NCBI GenBank assembly: GCA_963799485.1
Contig: CAWCXJ010000005.1
Coordinates: 128,001 to 192,000 of the forward strand
Direction of reading: 5' to 3'
Origin: an uncultured Trueperaceae bacterium
Lineage (GTDB): Bacteria > Deinococcota > Deinococci > Deinococcales > Trueperaceae
DNA length: 64,000 nt
The notes below the pieces were generated by a model that searched no databases, had not been told where the DNA came from, and saw nothing but the letters and a program-made list of their open reading frames with translations. The position numbers and the translations under genes are program-made. Shown piece after piece: positions 47,188-57,466 of this stretch. The stretch's first letter is position 1, and each line of letters begins with the position of its first letter.

Positions 47188-48261
47188 GCGCACAGGTTAC
47201 AACCTGAAACCCGGCAAGGTGGCGCGGGAACCTGGCATACCGTCCGTCTGGGCAAACGGGTTTCTTTTCGCCTCGACCGGCGTGCCCTGCCTGTCCTGCT
47301 CGTGCTGCTCTTTTTGCTCTTGGCAGTCGCGGTTTTAAGCGTGAGCTACGGCGAGTACAAGATTGCGCCGCTCGACGTGGTGCGGGCGACGCTGGGTTTG
47401 GAGACCGGCAACGACGATTACCCTTTGGTGGTGCGGCTGTTTCGCTTGCCGCGTATCGTGCTGGCGGCGCTCGTCGGGGCGGCGCTGGCGGTCTCCGGGG
47501 CGGTTTTGCAGGGCATTACGCACAACCCGCTCGCCGACCCCGGTATTCTGGGCATCAGCAGTGGCGCGGCGCTCGCTGCCGTTTCTCTGCTCATCTATTT
47601 TACGGCGGCCCCGGCCCTGCTTTTACCGTGGGCGGCGTTCGGCGGAGCGCTGCTGACGGCGGCGCTCATCTATCTGCTGGCGTGGCGCGGGGGCAGTTCG
47701 CCGCTGCGCCTGATTCTTATCGGTATCGGTTTCGCCGCCGCCGCGCAAGCCCTGACGACGCTCTTGGTCGTTTTTGGCGACATCAGCGACGTGCAGCGGG
47801 CGTTCGTGTGGCTTTCAGGGAGTGTCTACGGGCGCGGTTGGGCGGACGTGCGGGTGCTGGCGCTGTGGCTCGCGGTTCTTTTACCGCTTACGTTCTTGAG
47901 CGCGCGGCAGCTCAATACGCTCTCCCTCGGGGACGAGAGTGCGACCGGGCTGGGGGTGGGGCTCGAGCGTACCAGGGCTTTTCTCAGCCTCCTGAGCGTC
48001 GCACTCGCCGCGGGCGCAGTCGCGGCGGCGGGTACGGTCGGGTTTGTCGGGCTCGTTGCGCCGCACATCACCCGGCGGCTGGTCGGCCCCGGGCACGAAG
48101 GCTTGCTCCCGGCGAGCGCCCTGACCGGTGCGCTGCTAGTCGTTACCGCCGACCTGATAGGGCGCACGGTCATCGCGCCGAGTCAACTGCCCGCCGGACT
48201 CGTCACGGCGGTTATCGGCGCACCCTATTTTATGTACCTGCTCTGGCGCTACCGGGATTAG
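47185..48261 (+). CDS. FecCD-family iron-siderophore permease
   Basis: RLPR, NPLADPGILG, GFVGLVAPH, GAPYF. Confidence 0.94.
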   Translation: MAHRLQPETRQGGAGTWHTVRLGKRVSFRLDRRALPVLLVLLFLLLAVAVLSVSYGEYKIAPLDVVRATLGLETGNDDYPLVVRLFRLPRIVLAALVGAALAVSGAVLQGITHNPLADPGILGISSGAALAAVSLLIYFTAAPALLLPWAAFGGALLTAALIYLLAWRGGSSPLRLILIGIGFAAAAQALTTLLVVFGDISDVQRAFVWLSGSVYGRGWADVRVLALWLAVLLPLTFLSARQLNTLSLGDESATGLGVGLERTRAFLSLLSVALAAGAVAAAGTVGFVGLVAPHITRRLVGPGHEGLLPASALTGALLVVTADLIGRTVIAPSQLPAGLVTAVIGAPYFMYLLWRYRD

Positions 48262-48270
48262 GAGACGTTT

Positions 48271-49122
48271 ATGAAAACGGCTGTGAAGTCTACCCCCGAC
48301 GCTATTTCTAATACAGCGGTCGATACCGCCCTGAGCGCCGACAACCTGACGCTTGCCTACGACCGGAACGTCGTGATTCGGGAGCTGGGCGTGACGATTC
48401 CTGCAGGGCAGGTCACGGCGCTTGTCGGCCCGAACGGGTGCGGCAAATCGACCTTGCTGCGGGCTTTGGCACGGCTCCTGAAACCTAGAGGTGGCGCTGT
48501 CTATCTCGACGGCGAGGCCATCGTCACACTTTCCACGAAGGCCGTCGCCAAAAAGTTGGGTATCTTGCCGCAAGGCCCGAGCGCTCCCGAAGGGCTCCGG
48601 GTGCGCGAACTTGTCGCGCAGGGGCGGTATCCGCACAGCGGGTTTTTGCAGGGCTGGTCACCCGCAGACGAGGCGGCGCTCCTCCGGGCGCTCACCATCA
48701 CGCGGATGGAGGGGTTTGCCGACCGGCCCCTCGAGTCCCTTTCCGGCGGTCAAAAACAGCGCGCCTGGATTGCCATGACCTTGGCGCAGGAAACGCCGAT
48801 TCTCTTACTCGACGAACCCACGACGTTTCTTGACATGGCCCATCAGGTCGAAGTCTTGTCATTGTTGGACGAACTCAACGAACGCGAGGGGCGCACCATT
48901 GTGATGGTCTTGCACGACGTCAACCAGGCCTGCCGTTACGCGCATCACCTGATTGCGCTTAAGGGCGGTGAAATTATCAAACAGGGGAGTCCGGCTGAAG
49001 TCATCGACGCTGCGCTCCTCCGCGAAGTCTTCGGCCTCGAGTGCCTCGTCGTCCCCGACCCCGTAAGCGGTACGCCGCTCTGCCTGCCGCAAAGTTACCC
49101 GTTACGCGTGCAGCGGCCCTGA
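48271..49122 (+). CDS. Iron-siderophore ABC transporter ATP-binding protein (FecE/FhuC-like)
   Basis: [37 protein letters not shown]. Confidence 0.94.
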   Translation: MKTAVKSTPDAISNTAVDTALSADNLTLAYDRNVVIRELGVTIPAGQVTALVGPNGCGKSTLLRALARLLKPRGGAVYLDGEAIVTLSTKAVAKKLGILPQGPSAPEGLRVRELVAQGRYPHSGFLQGWSPADEAALLRALTITRMEGFADRPLESLSGGQKQRAWIAMTLAQETPILLLDEPTTFLDMAHQVEVLSLLDELNEREGRTIVMVLHDVNQACRYAHHLIALKGGEIIKQGSPAEVIDAALLREVFGLECLVVPDPVSGTPLCLPQSYPLRVQRP

Positions 49123-49185
49123 TTTCGGCCCGCTTGGGCTTGCGTCTCGAGTCCACCCGCTTTAGTTTCTTGGGTGTCCACTACG

Positions 49186-49491
49186 CTAGCCGTTTACACC
49201 ACGCCCACCTACCACGCGTAACTTGGCACCTTCAGGTTTCCCGTTCATCAGCAGCGTCGCCTCTGAAATAAGCGCCCGCACCTGCTCGTCTTTGAGCGAC
49301 GCGTCATGCGCTTCTTCGTCGTCCCACATTTCATAAATCCAGATAGCGGTTTCGTCCGCTAAATCTTCGTTGACGATGTAGAGGTGACAACCGGGAAACT
49401 TACCTACGAGGGCAGCCGCTCGGGTCATAATCTCGACAAACTCAGCTCGTTTGCCCGCTTGCGCTGTGAGTTTTCCGTACAAACCGTACAT
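49186..49491 (-). CDS. ABM/putative quinol monooxygenase family protein
   Basis: MYGLYGKL.A..GKR, PGC.LY, IYE.W....H.ASL; GAGG RBS. Confidence 0.85.
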   Translation of the reverse strand: MYGLYGKLTAQAGKRAEFVEIMTRAAALVGKFPGCHLYIVNEDLADETAIWIYEMWDDEEAHDASLKDEQVRALISEATLLMNGKPEGAKLRVVGGRGVNG

Positions 49492-49541
49492 AACTACCTC
49501 TTTCCAAGCTCTTGTCAAAGTAGACTGTCTGGACGCTCTAC

Positions 49542-50381
49542 TTATTTTTTACGCGCCGCCTCGAGCGCGTCCCACTGCTCGGGCGTCACCTCATCCAGAA
49601 TGTTGAACTCACCGCCGTTCCAAGCGGTTTCGCCGCCGTCTATGGCGATCAGGTCGCCGGTGATAAATGCCGCCGCGTCTGAAATCAGGTAGCTCGCCAG
49701 GTTCGCCAGTTCCAGGTGTTCACCTACCCGCCCCAGCGGAATCTGCTTTTCAAACAGCTCCCCGATCTCCGGGGTCGGCATCAGGCGGCTCCACGCGCCC
49801 TCGGTCGGAAACGGCCCCGGTGCGACGGCGTTCAAACGAATCCCATACTTGCCCCATTCGGCAGCCAGCGATTTGGTCAACGCCACCACGCCTGCTTTCG
49901 CCGCTGCCGAGGGCACCACGTAGCCCGAACCCGACGCCGCATAAGTGGTGGCGATATTCAAGACGGTGCCCTTTTGCGCTTGGGCAATCCAGCGTTTGCC
50001 GAGCTCGAGGGTGCAGTAAAACGTCCCGTGCAGCACGATATTGAGCACCGCGTCTACGGCTCTCGGTGACAGCCGTTCGGTCGGCGAGATAAAGTTTCCG
50101 GCGGCGTTGTTGACCAAAACGTCCACCTGCCCGAAGTGCGCTTCGGCGTCGTCAATCATCGCCGCGACCTGCGCCGGGTCGCGCACGTCGCACGTGACCG
50201 GTAGCACCTCACCGTCCATCTCACTCGCGGCGTCTTGCAAGACCGCCTCGCGCCGCCCCGAAATCACGAGCTTCGCGCCCAGCGAAAGAAACCGTTCGCC
50301 CATCGCCCGCCCGAGGCCGGTACCGCCGCCCGTTATGAGGACGACCTTACCTTGCAACAAGTTCTTGGCAAATACTTCCAT
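49542..50381 (-). CDS. SDR oxidoreductase, 2,4-dienoyl-CoA reductase-like
   Basis: TGGGTGLG, NNAAGNF, SAAAKAGV, APGP. Confidence 0.88.
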   Translation of the reverse strand: MEVFAKNLLQGKVVLITGGGTGLGRAMGERFLSLGAKLVISGRREAVLQDAASEMDGEVLPVTCDVRDPAQVAAMIDDAEAHFGQVDVLVNNAAGNFISPTERLSPRAVDAVLNIVLHGTFYCTLELGKRWIAQAQKGTVLNIATTYAASGSGYVVPSAAAKAGVVALTKSLAAEWGKYGIRLNAVAPGPFPTEGAWSRLMPTPEIGELFEKQIPLGRVGEHLELANLASYLISDAAAFITGDLIAIDGGETAWNGGEFNILDEVTPEQWDALEAARKK

Positions 50382-50470
50382 CTTGTAAGCCTCCCGTCAG
50401 CATACCGTGTTCGTGAGACGTCACCCGCTGGCTTTATGTAGGCTATGCTACTGTCGCACGGGGGTTTATC

Positions 50471-50719
50471 TTGGCCTGGCAAGCTGACATCATCGAGACC
50501 AGAGAGGCGCACCTGCGGGCGGTGCTCGCCGAGTGTGCGCGTGACTGGCACCTGGTAATCCGGGATTATCTGATTTGTCTCGAGGCGGCCGAGCGCGCCG
50601 GAGACAGGCGCGCCACGCGGTTCTTCGCTGCCAAACTGGTTACGGCCTACAGCGCCATCGGTTTGACCGACAAAGCGCGTGGCTACAGTGAAGTTGCTAC
50701 CGCGAGGCGGCAGCAATGA
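50471..50719 (+). CDS. Hypothetical helical (TPR-like) protein
   Basis: Open frame with genome-typical codon usage; start uncertain. Confidence 0.5.
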   Translation: MAWQADIIETREAHLRAVLAECARDWHLVIRDYLICLEAAERAGDRRATRFFAAKLVTAYSAIGLTDKARGYSEVATARRQQ

Positions 50720-50760
50720 GGTTGCCACACCGAGGTTGCCACACCAAGGTTGCCACAGCA
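50719..50760. repeat. 14-bp tandem repeat, 3 copies
   Basis: AGGTTGCCACACCG / AGGTTGCCACACCA / AGGTTGCCACAGCA. Confidence 0.85.
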
Positions 50761-50848
50761 AGCCGGAGTCGTCTTAGCCTGGAAATAAACGGGCTCGGAG
50801 GTAAAAAGAGGTAAACAGGCTCGGCGGTAAACGGTAAGATACCAGGCG

Positions 50849-51286
50849 ATGAACTATGCGGCGTTACTGGCCCTGCTCGCGGCGCTCGCTTTTACCGCGC
50901 CGTTTCTGGTCAATCTAGCGTCGCGCCTCGGCATCCCCCGGGCACTCGGAATTGTGACCACGCTCGTCGGCGCAGTTTTTCTGCTAGGCTGGCTGTTGGT
51001 ACGTGAGCGGGTCGAAAGGCACCAGCGGCTCGAGGCGCGCATCAGCATCCTGCAGACGCGCCGGAGCCGCGCGCCCCAAGACCCGGAAAGTTACTTTTTG
51101 GCGGGTGAACATTTAGGCGATTTGCTCGAGCAGGTTGGGCGGCCCCGCGAAGCTCTGAGGGTTTTTGAAGCTTACGCAAGACTGCTTAAACGAACCGGCA
51201 CAGCGGCGGAGCAGCAGGCGACGGCCGAAACTATCGCTGCACTCCGGAAAGAACTCGCCGAAAGGGAGGATGATGCAAGCATATAA
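50849..51286 (+). CDS. Hypothetical membrane protein with TPR-like C-terminus
   Basis: Two N-terminal TM helices; LGDLL..VGR..EAL..F. Confidence 0.7.
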   Translation: MNYAALLALLAALAFTAPFLVNLASRLGIPRALGIVTTLVGAVFLLGWLLVRERVERHQRLEARISILQTRRSRAPQDPESYFLAGEHLGDLLEQVGRPREALRVFEAYARLLKRTGTAAEQQATAETIAALRKELAEREDDASI

Positions 51287-51470
51287 AGGAATTCTCAGGA
51301 ACGGTGTGGTGGTCTTACCCGAGGGGGTTCGGCTCCCTGAAGGTGTTACGGTTACGGTCACCGTCAGTGAAGTCGAGCTGTTACGCGCCCGGATGCGGCT
51401 GGCGCTGATTCGCAACGCACCCCGGCGGACCCGCGCCCGGACGCTCGTCCCCGACGCGGTAACCGGTTGA
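51273..51470 (+). CDS. Small DUF104/AF2212-like beta protein
   Basis: GGAGG RBS; YKG...NGVVVL......PEG..V.V pattern. Confidence 0.65.
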   Translation: MQAYKGILRNGVVVLPEGVRLPEGVTVTVTVSEVELLRARMRLALIRNAPRRTRARTLVPDAVTG

Positions 51471-51491
51471 GGCTGAACTAGGCCGCGTTGG

Positions 51492-52292
51492 ATGGCTGAA
51501 GTCACGCTCGTTCCAACGCCGATCGGCAACCTAGAAGACATCACCTTGCGGGCGCTGCGTGTGCTGCACGAAGCCGACGTTATCGCTGCCGAAGATACCC
51601 GGCACAGCGGCAAGCTTTTGGCGCACTTCGAGATTTCGGGGCGGCTCGAGCGCCTAGACGCCCACACCATTACGGCTCGGGCTCCTGGGTTACTCGAGCA
51701 ATACACCCGCATCGCTTTCGTCACCGACGCCGGAACCCCCGGTTTATCCGACCCCGGCGTAGAACTCGTGCAGCTTGCGCTCGCGGGCGGACACAACGTC
51801 GAGGTGCTGCCCGGCCCGACCGCTCTGATTCCCGCCCTCGTCTTGTCCGGATTACCGCTTGCCCGCTTTTCTTACGAAGGTTTTTTGCCCCGTAAAGGGG
51901 CCTCCCGACGTGAACGCCTTACTGCTATCGCCAAAAGCCCGCAAACCGTCGCGTTTTACGAGTCGCCCAAACGTTTAGCGGCGACGCTGGACGACCTGAT
52001 TGAAGTGTGCGGCGAGGCCCGTTCGGTCAGCGTCTCTCGTGAACTGACCAAGCACTTTGAAACGACCTACCGAGGAACTTTGACTGAAGTGCGGGCGCAA
52101 CTCGCGGGCGAAGTCAAGGGCGAATGTGTGGTCGTGGTGGGGCCGAGAGAGACGCCTGAAACCGTGGACTTTTCCGGTTTGGCCGAGACGCTCGCCGAGT
52201 CGGGGCTGTCGGGGCGGGCGCTAAGAGAAGCGCTGACTGAGGCGGGTGCGCCGCGTAACTTGGCGTATGAGCTGGCTCTGGCGAACACTTAA
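51492..52292 (+). CDS. rsmI: 16S rRNA C1402 2'-O-methyltransferase
   Basis: TPIGNLEDITLRAL, AEDTR, DAGTPGLSDPG, YESP.R, RELTK.FE. Confidence 0.95.
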   Translation: MAEVTLVPTPIGNLEDITLRALRVLHEADVIAAEDTRHSGKLLAHFEISGRLERLDAHTITARAPGLLEQYTRIAFVTDAGTPGLSDPGVELVQLALAGGHNVEVLPGPTALIPALVLSGLPLARFSYEGFLPRKGASRRERLTAIAKSPQTVAFYESPKRLAATLDDLIEVCGEARSVSVSRELTKHFETTYRGTLTEVRAQLAGEVKGECVVVVGPRETPETVDFSGLAETLAESGLSGRALREALTEAGAPRNLAYELALANT

Positions 52293-52637
52293 AGCTACGG
52301 GTTCTGGCAGCGGCTCAAAGGTCTGGCGTATGCTGTGAGTATGAAGGCTTGAGTCACAGAAAAAGGCGTCACTATTCCTAAAACGTTGCTCGCGGGTATT
52401 GACACCGTTGAAATCCGGAAAGAAAAAAATGTCATTACGGTTGCCCCTCTTGCAGACGACCCGATTTTGGGGCTTGGCAGTCAACCAGTCGAGGGCAAGG
52501 TCACAGACGCCTCAGAAAACCACGACGCTCATCTGTACTAACAGCTTCTGATTTACCGTAGGCGTCGCAGTTTGTGCGTCACGCAGCTCACCCCGTAATT
52601 CAGCCTTGCCGTACCGTTAAACTGGGGTCAGATTTTT

Positions 52638-53237
52638 ATGCGACTGTTTCACTTTAGCGACGACCCTGATATTGATATCTTCACCCCTCGGCCTGTTCGT
52701 ATTCCGGTCGAAAGACCCGCTGGCATGGACTGGCTGAACGGCCCACTCGTCTGGGCGATAGACGACGCGCATGGGCCGATGTATCTGTTCCCCCGCGAGT
52801 GTCCGCGTATTTTGCTATGGGCCACGCCCGAAACAAAACGAGAAGATTACGACGACTGGTGGCGAGGAAGTCACAGCAAAATCCTGGCTTACGTTGAAAC
52901 GGCGTGGTTGGAGCGCGTAGAAACTGCAACGATTTACCGTTATGAGCTGCCAACGGCGACCTTTGAAGACCTTGACGACGCCGGGATGTGGGTCTCTAAA
53001 ACCGCCGTAAAACCTTTTGGACTCGAGACCCTCTCAAACCTGCCGCAAGAACATCAATTTCACGATGTTGAACTCCGGGCGCTCGAGACGCTCTTACCCC
53101 TTAAAGGTGTGTGGCAAACCTCGCTTCACGCCAGCGGTATCCGGCTGCGGAACGCTCAATATTGGGGCCAACCGGGATGGACGCATTCCAAACAGGGTAG
53201 AGTCGTTCCCAGCACAAAAGCTGACCGGGCAAGCTGA
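52638..53237 (+). CDS. Conserved hypothetical protein (DUF6886-like)
   Basis: LFHFSDDP.I..F.PR, VWAID, YLFPRECPR, SGIRLRNA. Confidence 0.7.
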   Translation: MRLFHFSDDPDIDIFTPRPVRIPVERPAGMDWLNGPLVWAIDDAHGPMYLFPRECPRILLWATPETKREDYDDWWRGSHSKILAYVETAWLERVETATIYRYELPTATFEDLDDAGMWVSKTAVKPFGLETLSNLPQEHQFHDVELRALETLLPLKGVWQTSLHASGIRLRNAQYWGQPGWTHSKQGRVVPSTKADRAS

Positions 53238-53337
53238 ACAGCAGTTACGGGCACGGCGACTAAAGCTGTCTTTTACGCGCAAATCTCAGTCCGCTATTCC
53301 GGGTAAACTATAGAAGACGCCCGGAGGGGCTATTTTT

Positions 53338-56300
53338 ATGTCTCGAGCTGTACCTCCTACAACCCAAACGCCCACGCAAACAACGTCAAAACGGCTGCTC
53401 GGTCTGCCCGCAGTTGCCAGACTCATGCTTTTTACGCGGCAATCCGGCCCAGCGGTCTTGGTTACGACTTCGGAACGGCTCGAGCTGTTCCAGCAGAGTG
53501 GTGTTTTCGGTGAACCTGCCAGCCTCAACCCCACCCTGAGCGACTGGCCCGGCAAACGCGAAAAAGTTGTGCTTGACCTGAACAGTGCGCTGGCGGCGTT
53601 TCCGGTCAATCCCGAACGCTTCGCCCTGACGCTCAAACTCGGGCAGGATTACCCGCGTGAGGCGCTGTTGGCGCAGCTGGTAAGTTTCGGCTACCCGCGC
53701 GACGAACTGCCGGGATTCGTGGTGCGCGGCGACACCGTAACGCTTTACCTGAGCGAAAACGAAGAAGAGGAGTTGCGGCTCGAGTTTTTCGGTGATGAAC
53801 TCGACACCCTGACGCTCTTGGGCAAAACGGTCGAAAGCTACGTTCTAGCGCCGCGTGAAGATGCTGAGCTGGGCGACGCCGAAGACGCCTGGACGAGTCA
53901 CCTTTTGGAGCATCTCCCCGGCCCGGTCTTTCTGGATTCGTCTGAACTCTTTGCCGGTGAAATCAACTCGGGTGAGCTGGGCTGGTTTTGGGAACATTTG
54001 GGCGGGCGTGAAGTGGTGTCGTTCGGGCGTGACCTACTTTCGCTGCCGGACGAAAAAAGTGTGCTCGAGCCCCTCGGCTACTACCGGGGCAAGCTCACGA
54101 CTTTCGCGCGTGAGGCGAAAACGTGGCTTGAAGGCGGCTACAGCGTCACGCTCCTTTTACGGTTTGAACGTACCGGGCGGTATCTGCAGGAAAAAGTCCT
54201 GGACGGTGTTGAAACAAGCTGGGCGAACAAAGTTGCGGCGCAACCGGGCAAGCTGACCTTTGTTGCCGGGGCCGACACGCGCGGCGGCTACCGCGACGCT
54301 AAAGCCAAAGAAATCATCCTCACTGAAGACTTGCTTTACGGCTATCAGGGAACCAGACCCGGTGGCGTCGGTTCCAGAAAACTCTCCGGGCGGCGCGTGC
54401 AGGACACCGTGCAGCTCTCAGTGGGCGACTACCTGATTCACCCCGACCACGGTATCGGGCGCTTTTTGGGGCTCGAGCCGCGGCAAGTGTTGGGCGTCAC
54501 CCGCGACTACCTCATCCTCAAATACGCGGGCGAAGGCAAGCTCTACCTGCCGGTCGAACAGCTGCCGCTTTTACGGCGTCACCCCGGCACCACCGACGAC
54601 CCGCCGCGCCTTTCAACGCTAGGCACCAACGAGTGGGCGCGGGCGCGGGAAAAAGCCCGTGTCGGGGCCCAAGAACTCGCGCTCAAACTCATTCGCACCT
54701 ACGCCGAACGGCAGGTTCAGGCCGGTCTCTCGATGCCCGCAAACCCCGAATGGGACGCGCTCATCGAAGAGAACTGCCCTTTTACCCTGACGTCCGACCA
54801 GAAGGGCGCGGTGCAGGCGGTGTGGCGCGATATGGGTAAAGAAGTGCCGATGGACAGGTTGATTTCAGGCGATGTGGGTTTCGGTAAAACTGAAGTCGCC
54901 ATCCGCGCCGCGCACCGGGCTGTGGGTCACGGCAAACAGGTCGCCATGCTCGTCCCGACGACGGTTTTGGCCTCACAACACTTCGAGACGTATCAGGAAA
55001 GGTTCGGGGGGCTGCCGGTAAGGCTCGAGCTCTTATCCCGCTTCTCCTCGGACCGTGAAGCCCGTGACACTATCAAAGGCCTCAAAGACGGCACCGTTGA
55101 TATTGTCATCGGCACGCATAGACTTTTGTCCGAAGAGATCACCTTCAAGGATTTAGGACTTTTAATCGTAGACGAAGAGCACCGCTTCGGCGTCGGGCAA
55201 AAAGAGCGGATGAAGGCGATGAAAGCGAACCTCGATGTGCTTTCACTTTCTGCCACACCGATTCCCCGGACGCTCTATATGAGCCTCGTGGGTCTGCGCG
55301 ACGTGTCGCAGATTATGACGCCGCCGGCGGGCCGCCAGCCGATTCAAACCGTCTTGCAACCCTTCGACCCGATGGTCGCGCGTGAGGCGGTGATGTTTGA
55401 ACTCGAGCGCGGCGGCAAAACCTTCTACATTCACGACCGCGTGGGTTCGATGGGTTCCAAAGCACTGTGGCTGCAAAAACTCGTCCCTGAAGCGCGGATC
55501 GGGGTGGCACACGGACAGATGGGCGGCGATGAGCTCGAGGAAGTGATGCTCAACTTTACCGAGGGTGCGTATGACATCTTGCTCGCTACAACCATCGTCG
55601 AATCGGGTTTGGACGTGGCGGGCGCGAACACCTTGGTGATCGAACGCGCCGACAAACTCGGGTTGGCGCAGCTCTATCAGCTCCGGGGCCGCGTCGGGCG
55701 ACGCTCGACCGAAGCGTGGGCGTACCTGCTCTATCCGGGCCGCTTGACCGAACAGGCGCAGCGCAGGCTTTACGCCTTGGCTGAACTCAACGACTTGGGC
55801 AGCGGGCACCTGCTAGCCGAAAAAGATATGGAGATTCGCGGCGTCGGCAACCTCTTAGGCCCCGAACAGCACGGCAGTATCAGCGCGGTGTCGCTCGAGG
55901 TCTACACCGAAATGCTCGCTGAAGAGATTGCCAAACTCAAGGGTGAAGCCGCAACTGAGGCCCGTAAAGCCGTCGCTATCGATCTGAACCTAGACGCCCG
56001 CCTGAGCCCCTCGTATATCGCCGATGACGACGCCCGTATCGCCTACTACGGCAGGTTGTCCGAAACCGACTCTTTAGCCGAGGTCGGGCGCGTGCAGCGC
56101 GAGTTGCGCGAACGTTACGGGCCGCTGCCGCCTGAAGTCAAGGTATTCACCGAGCTGGTCAAACTGCGGCTGTTAGCGGCGCAAAAAGGTGTTACGTCGA
56201 TTTCAGAGCACATGAGCGACGTGCAGCTCTCATTTGAGGGCGAAAGCTTGGACTACGACGCCCGCAAACTCAAAAGCTTGCCTTTTACCGCCGAAGCGAC

Positions 56301-56394
56301 GCGCTACCCACCGGGTTTCAGCATCAAAAAGCGTGGGATTAAAGGTGATGAACTGCTGGGCGCAATCAGCGACGTGCTCTACCTGACCGCTTAG
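53338..56394 (+). CDS. mfd: Transcription-repair coupling factor
   Basis: RID domain (GDYLIH.DHGIG), GDVGFGKTEVA, DEEHRFGV, SATPIPRTL, QLRGRVGR, TRCF C-terminus. Confidence 0.96.
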   Translation: MSRAVPPTTQTPTQTTSKRLLGLPAVARLMLFTRQSGPAVLVTTSERLELFQQSGVFGEPASLNPTLSDWPGKREKVVLDLNSALAAFPVNPERFALTLKLGQDYPREALLAQLVSFGYPRDELPGFVVRGDTVTLYLSENEEEELRLEFFGDELDTLTLLGKTVESYVLAPREDAELGDAEDAWTSHLLEHLPGPVFLDSSELFAGEINSGELGWFWEHLGGREVVSFGRDLLSLPDEKSVLEPLGYYRGKLTTFAREAKTWLEGGYSVTLLLRFERTGRYLQEKVLDGVETSWANKVAAQPGKLTFVAGADTRGGYRDAKAKEIILTEDLLYGYQGTRPGGVGSRKLSGRRVQDTVQLSVGDYLIHPDHGIGRFLGLEPRQVLGVTRDYLILKYAGEGKLYLPVEQLPLLRRHPGTTDDPPRLSTLGTNEWARAREKARVGAQELALKLIRTYAERQVQAGLSMPANPEWDALIEENCPFTLTSDQKGAVQAVWRDMGKEVPMDRLISGDVGFGKTEVAIRAAHRAVGHGKQVAMLVPTTVLASQHFETYQERFGGLPVRLELLSRFSSDREARDTIKGLKDGTVDIVIGTHRLLSEEITFKDLGLLIVDEEHRFGVGQKERMKAMKANLDVLSLSATPIPRTLYMSLVGLRDVSQIMTPPAGRQPIQTVLQPFDPMVAREAVMFELERGGKTFYIHDRVGSMGSKALWLQKLVPEARIGVAHGQMGGDELEEVMLNFTEGAYDILLATTIVESGLDVAGANTLVIERADKLGLAQLYQLRGRVGRRSTEAWAYLLYPGRLTEQAQRRLYALAELNDLGSGHLLAEKDMEIRGVGNLLGPEQHGSISAVSLEVYTEMLAEEIAKLKGEAATEARKAVAIDLNLDARLSPSYIADDDARIAYYGRLSETDSLAEVGRVQRELRERYGPLPPEVKVFTELVKLRLLAAQKGVTSISEHMSDVQLSFEGESLDYDARKLKSLPFTAEATRYPPGFSIKKRGIKGDELLGAISDVLYLTA

Positions 56395-56403
56395 CCGTGA
56401 CGA

Positions 56404-56445
56404 GACACAAAAAAAGAGCAGCACCTGGCTGCCCTTTCTTGTGTC
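56404..56445. terminator. Bidirectional terminator-like hairpin
   Basis: GACACAA..AAAG.GCAGC-ACCTG-GCTGC.CTTT..TTGTGTC between convergent genes. Confidence 0.6.
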
Positions 56446-56453
56446 GTCAGGTT

Positions 56454-56954
56454 TTAGAAGTGGTAGTTAATACCCAAGGAAACGCGCGGCTCAAATTTGA
56501 GCGGAACAGTAAGCCCTGAGCCTAGCTCGACATAAAAGCCGAGTTCACGGTTAAAGCGGTACTCGCCGCCCGCAAAAGCAGCTAGACTGATAGTAGGTGA
56601 CTCAAACGCAAAGGTGGTACCAAGTCCGAGCGACGGGCCACCGTAAATCTGAATGGCATTTTCGATCTGCGTGATGTCGAACATCGCGTCAGCGCTAAGG
56701 GAGATGTTACCGGTATAGATAACGTCACCTGAAAGGCGAAAACGCAGATCCGGGTTGGTACCGAACAGGTCAACGTTCTCGAGTCCGTAGTGCAACCCTA
56801 AAGGAAGGGGCAGCGAAGCGCCGACAAACTGGGTTGTGTCGAACTCTACGCCCGCTTGCGGCTCGATGTTTACGTTCAAATCTACATCGGTCTGGGCAAA
56901 CGCTACGCCTGTCAGAAGAATCATGCCCGCCATCGTTGCCAGTAGTTTACGCAT
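56454..56954 (-). CDS. Small outer-membrane beta-barrel protein
   Basis: Signal peptide (AFA-Q), amphipathic strands, C-terminal GINYHF; GGAGG RBS. Confidence 0.75.
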   Translation of the reverse strand: MRKLLATMAGMILLTGVAFAQTDVDLNVNIEPQAGVEFDTTQFVGASLPLPLGLHYGLENVDLFGTNPDLRFRLSGDVIYTGNISLSADAMFDITQIENAIQIYGGPSLGLGTTFAFESPTISLAAFAGGEYRFNRELGFYVELGSGLTVPLKFEPRVSLGINYHF

Positions 56955-57100
56955 ATCTAACCTCCAGAAATCATGTGAACAGACTTGAGCTACTGTTCAC
57001 GTTCATGCGGTTATATCACGGGGTTTTAGCGGGTAACAAGTAGGGGAGACTACAGCTTTTGTGCAAACAAGCTACAATCTGCTGCCGCGCCGGGTGCAGA

Positions 57101-57451
57101 TCACTCGCTGCCGCTGCGCTCGAGGTACCGCTTACGTGCGTCCCTGACCCGCTGCGACGCCCGGTTACAAGGCGGCAGCGCCTCGTATTTAGCCAAATAT
57201 TGCCGTAAAAGCTCGGCTTCTTCGGAACGCGGCACCCGGCTGTAACGGCTCCGCCAATAGACAGCATCCTCAGTGATGCACACATTTTTGCCCAGATGCT
57301 GACGAATACGGTTCGGCACGTCTTTGGTGGACTGACCGATATAGACGACCTGTTTTTTCGCGTCGGCGAGTTCATACACGCCCGGCTCGGCGTCACGTCC
57401 GCGTTTGGGTGGGAGCGCGTCTAGTCTGCGCCAGCGTGCGCTGATTGGCAT
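57101..57451 (-). CDS. Stand-alone GIY-YIG domain protein
   Basis: PGVYEL......VVYIGQS....NRI.QH...E.ELL......P.CN. Confidence 0.8.
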   Translation of the reverse strand: MPISARWRRLDALPPKRGRDAEPGVYELADAKKQVVYIGQSTKDVPNRIRQHLGKNVCITEDAVYWRSRYSRVPRSEEAELLRQYLAKYEALPPCNRASQRVRDARKRYLERSGSE

Positions 57452-57466
57452 GGATTCTTAACAACC

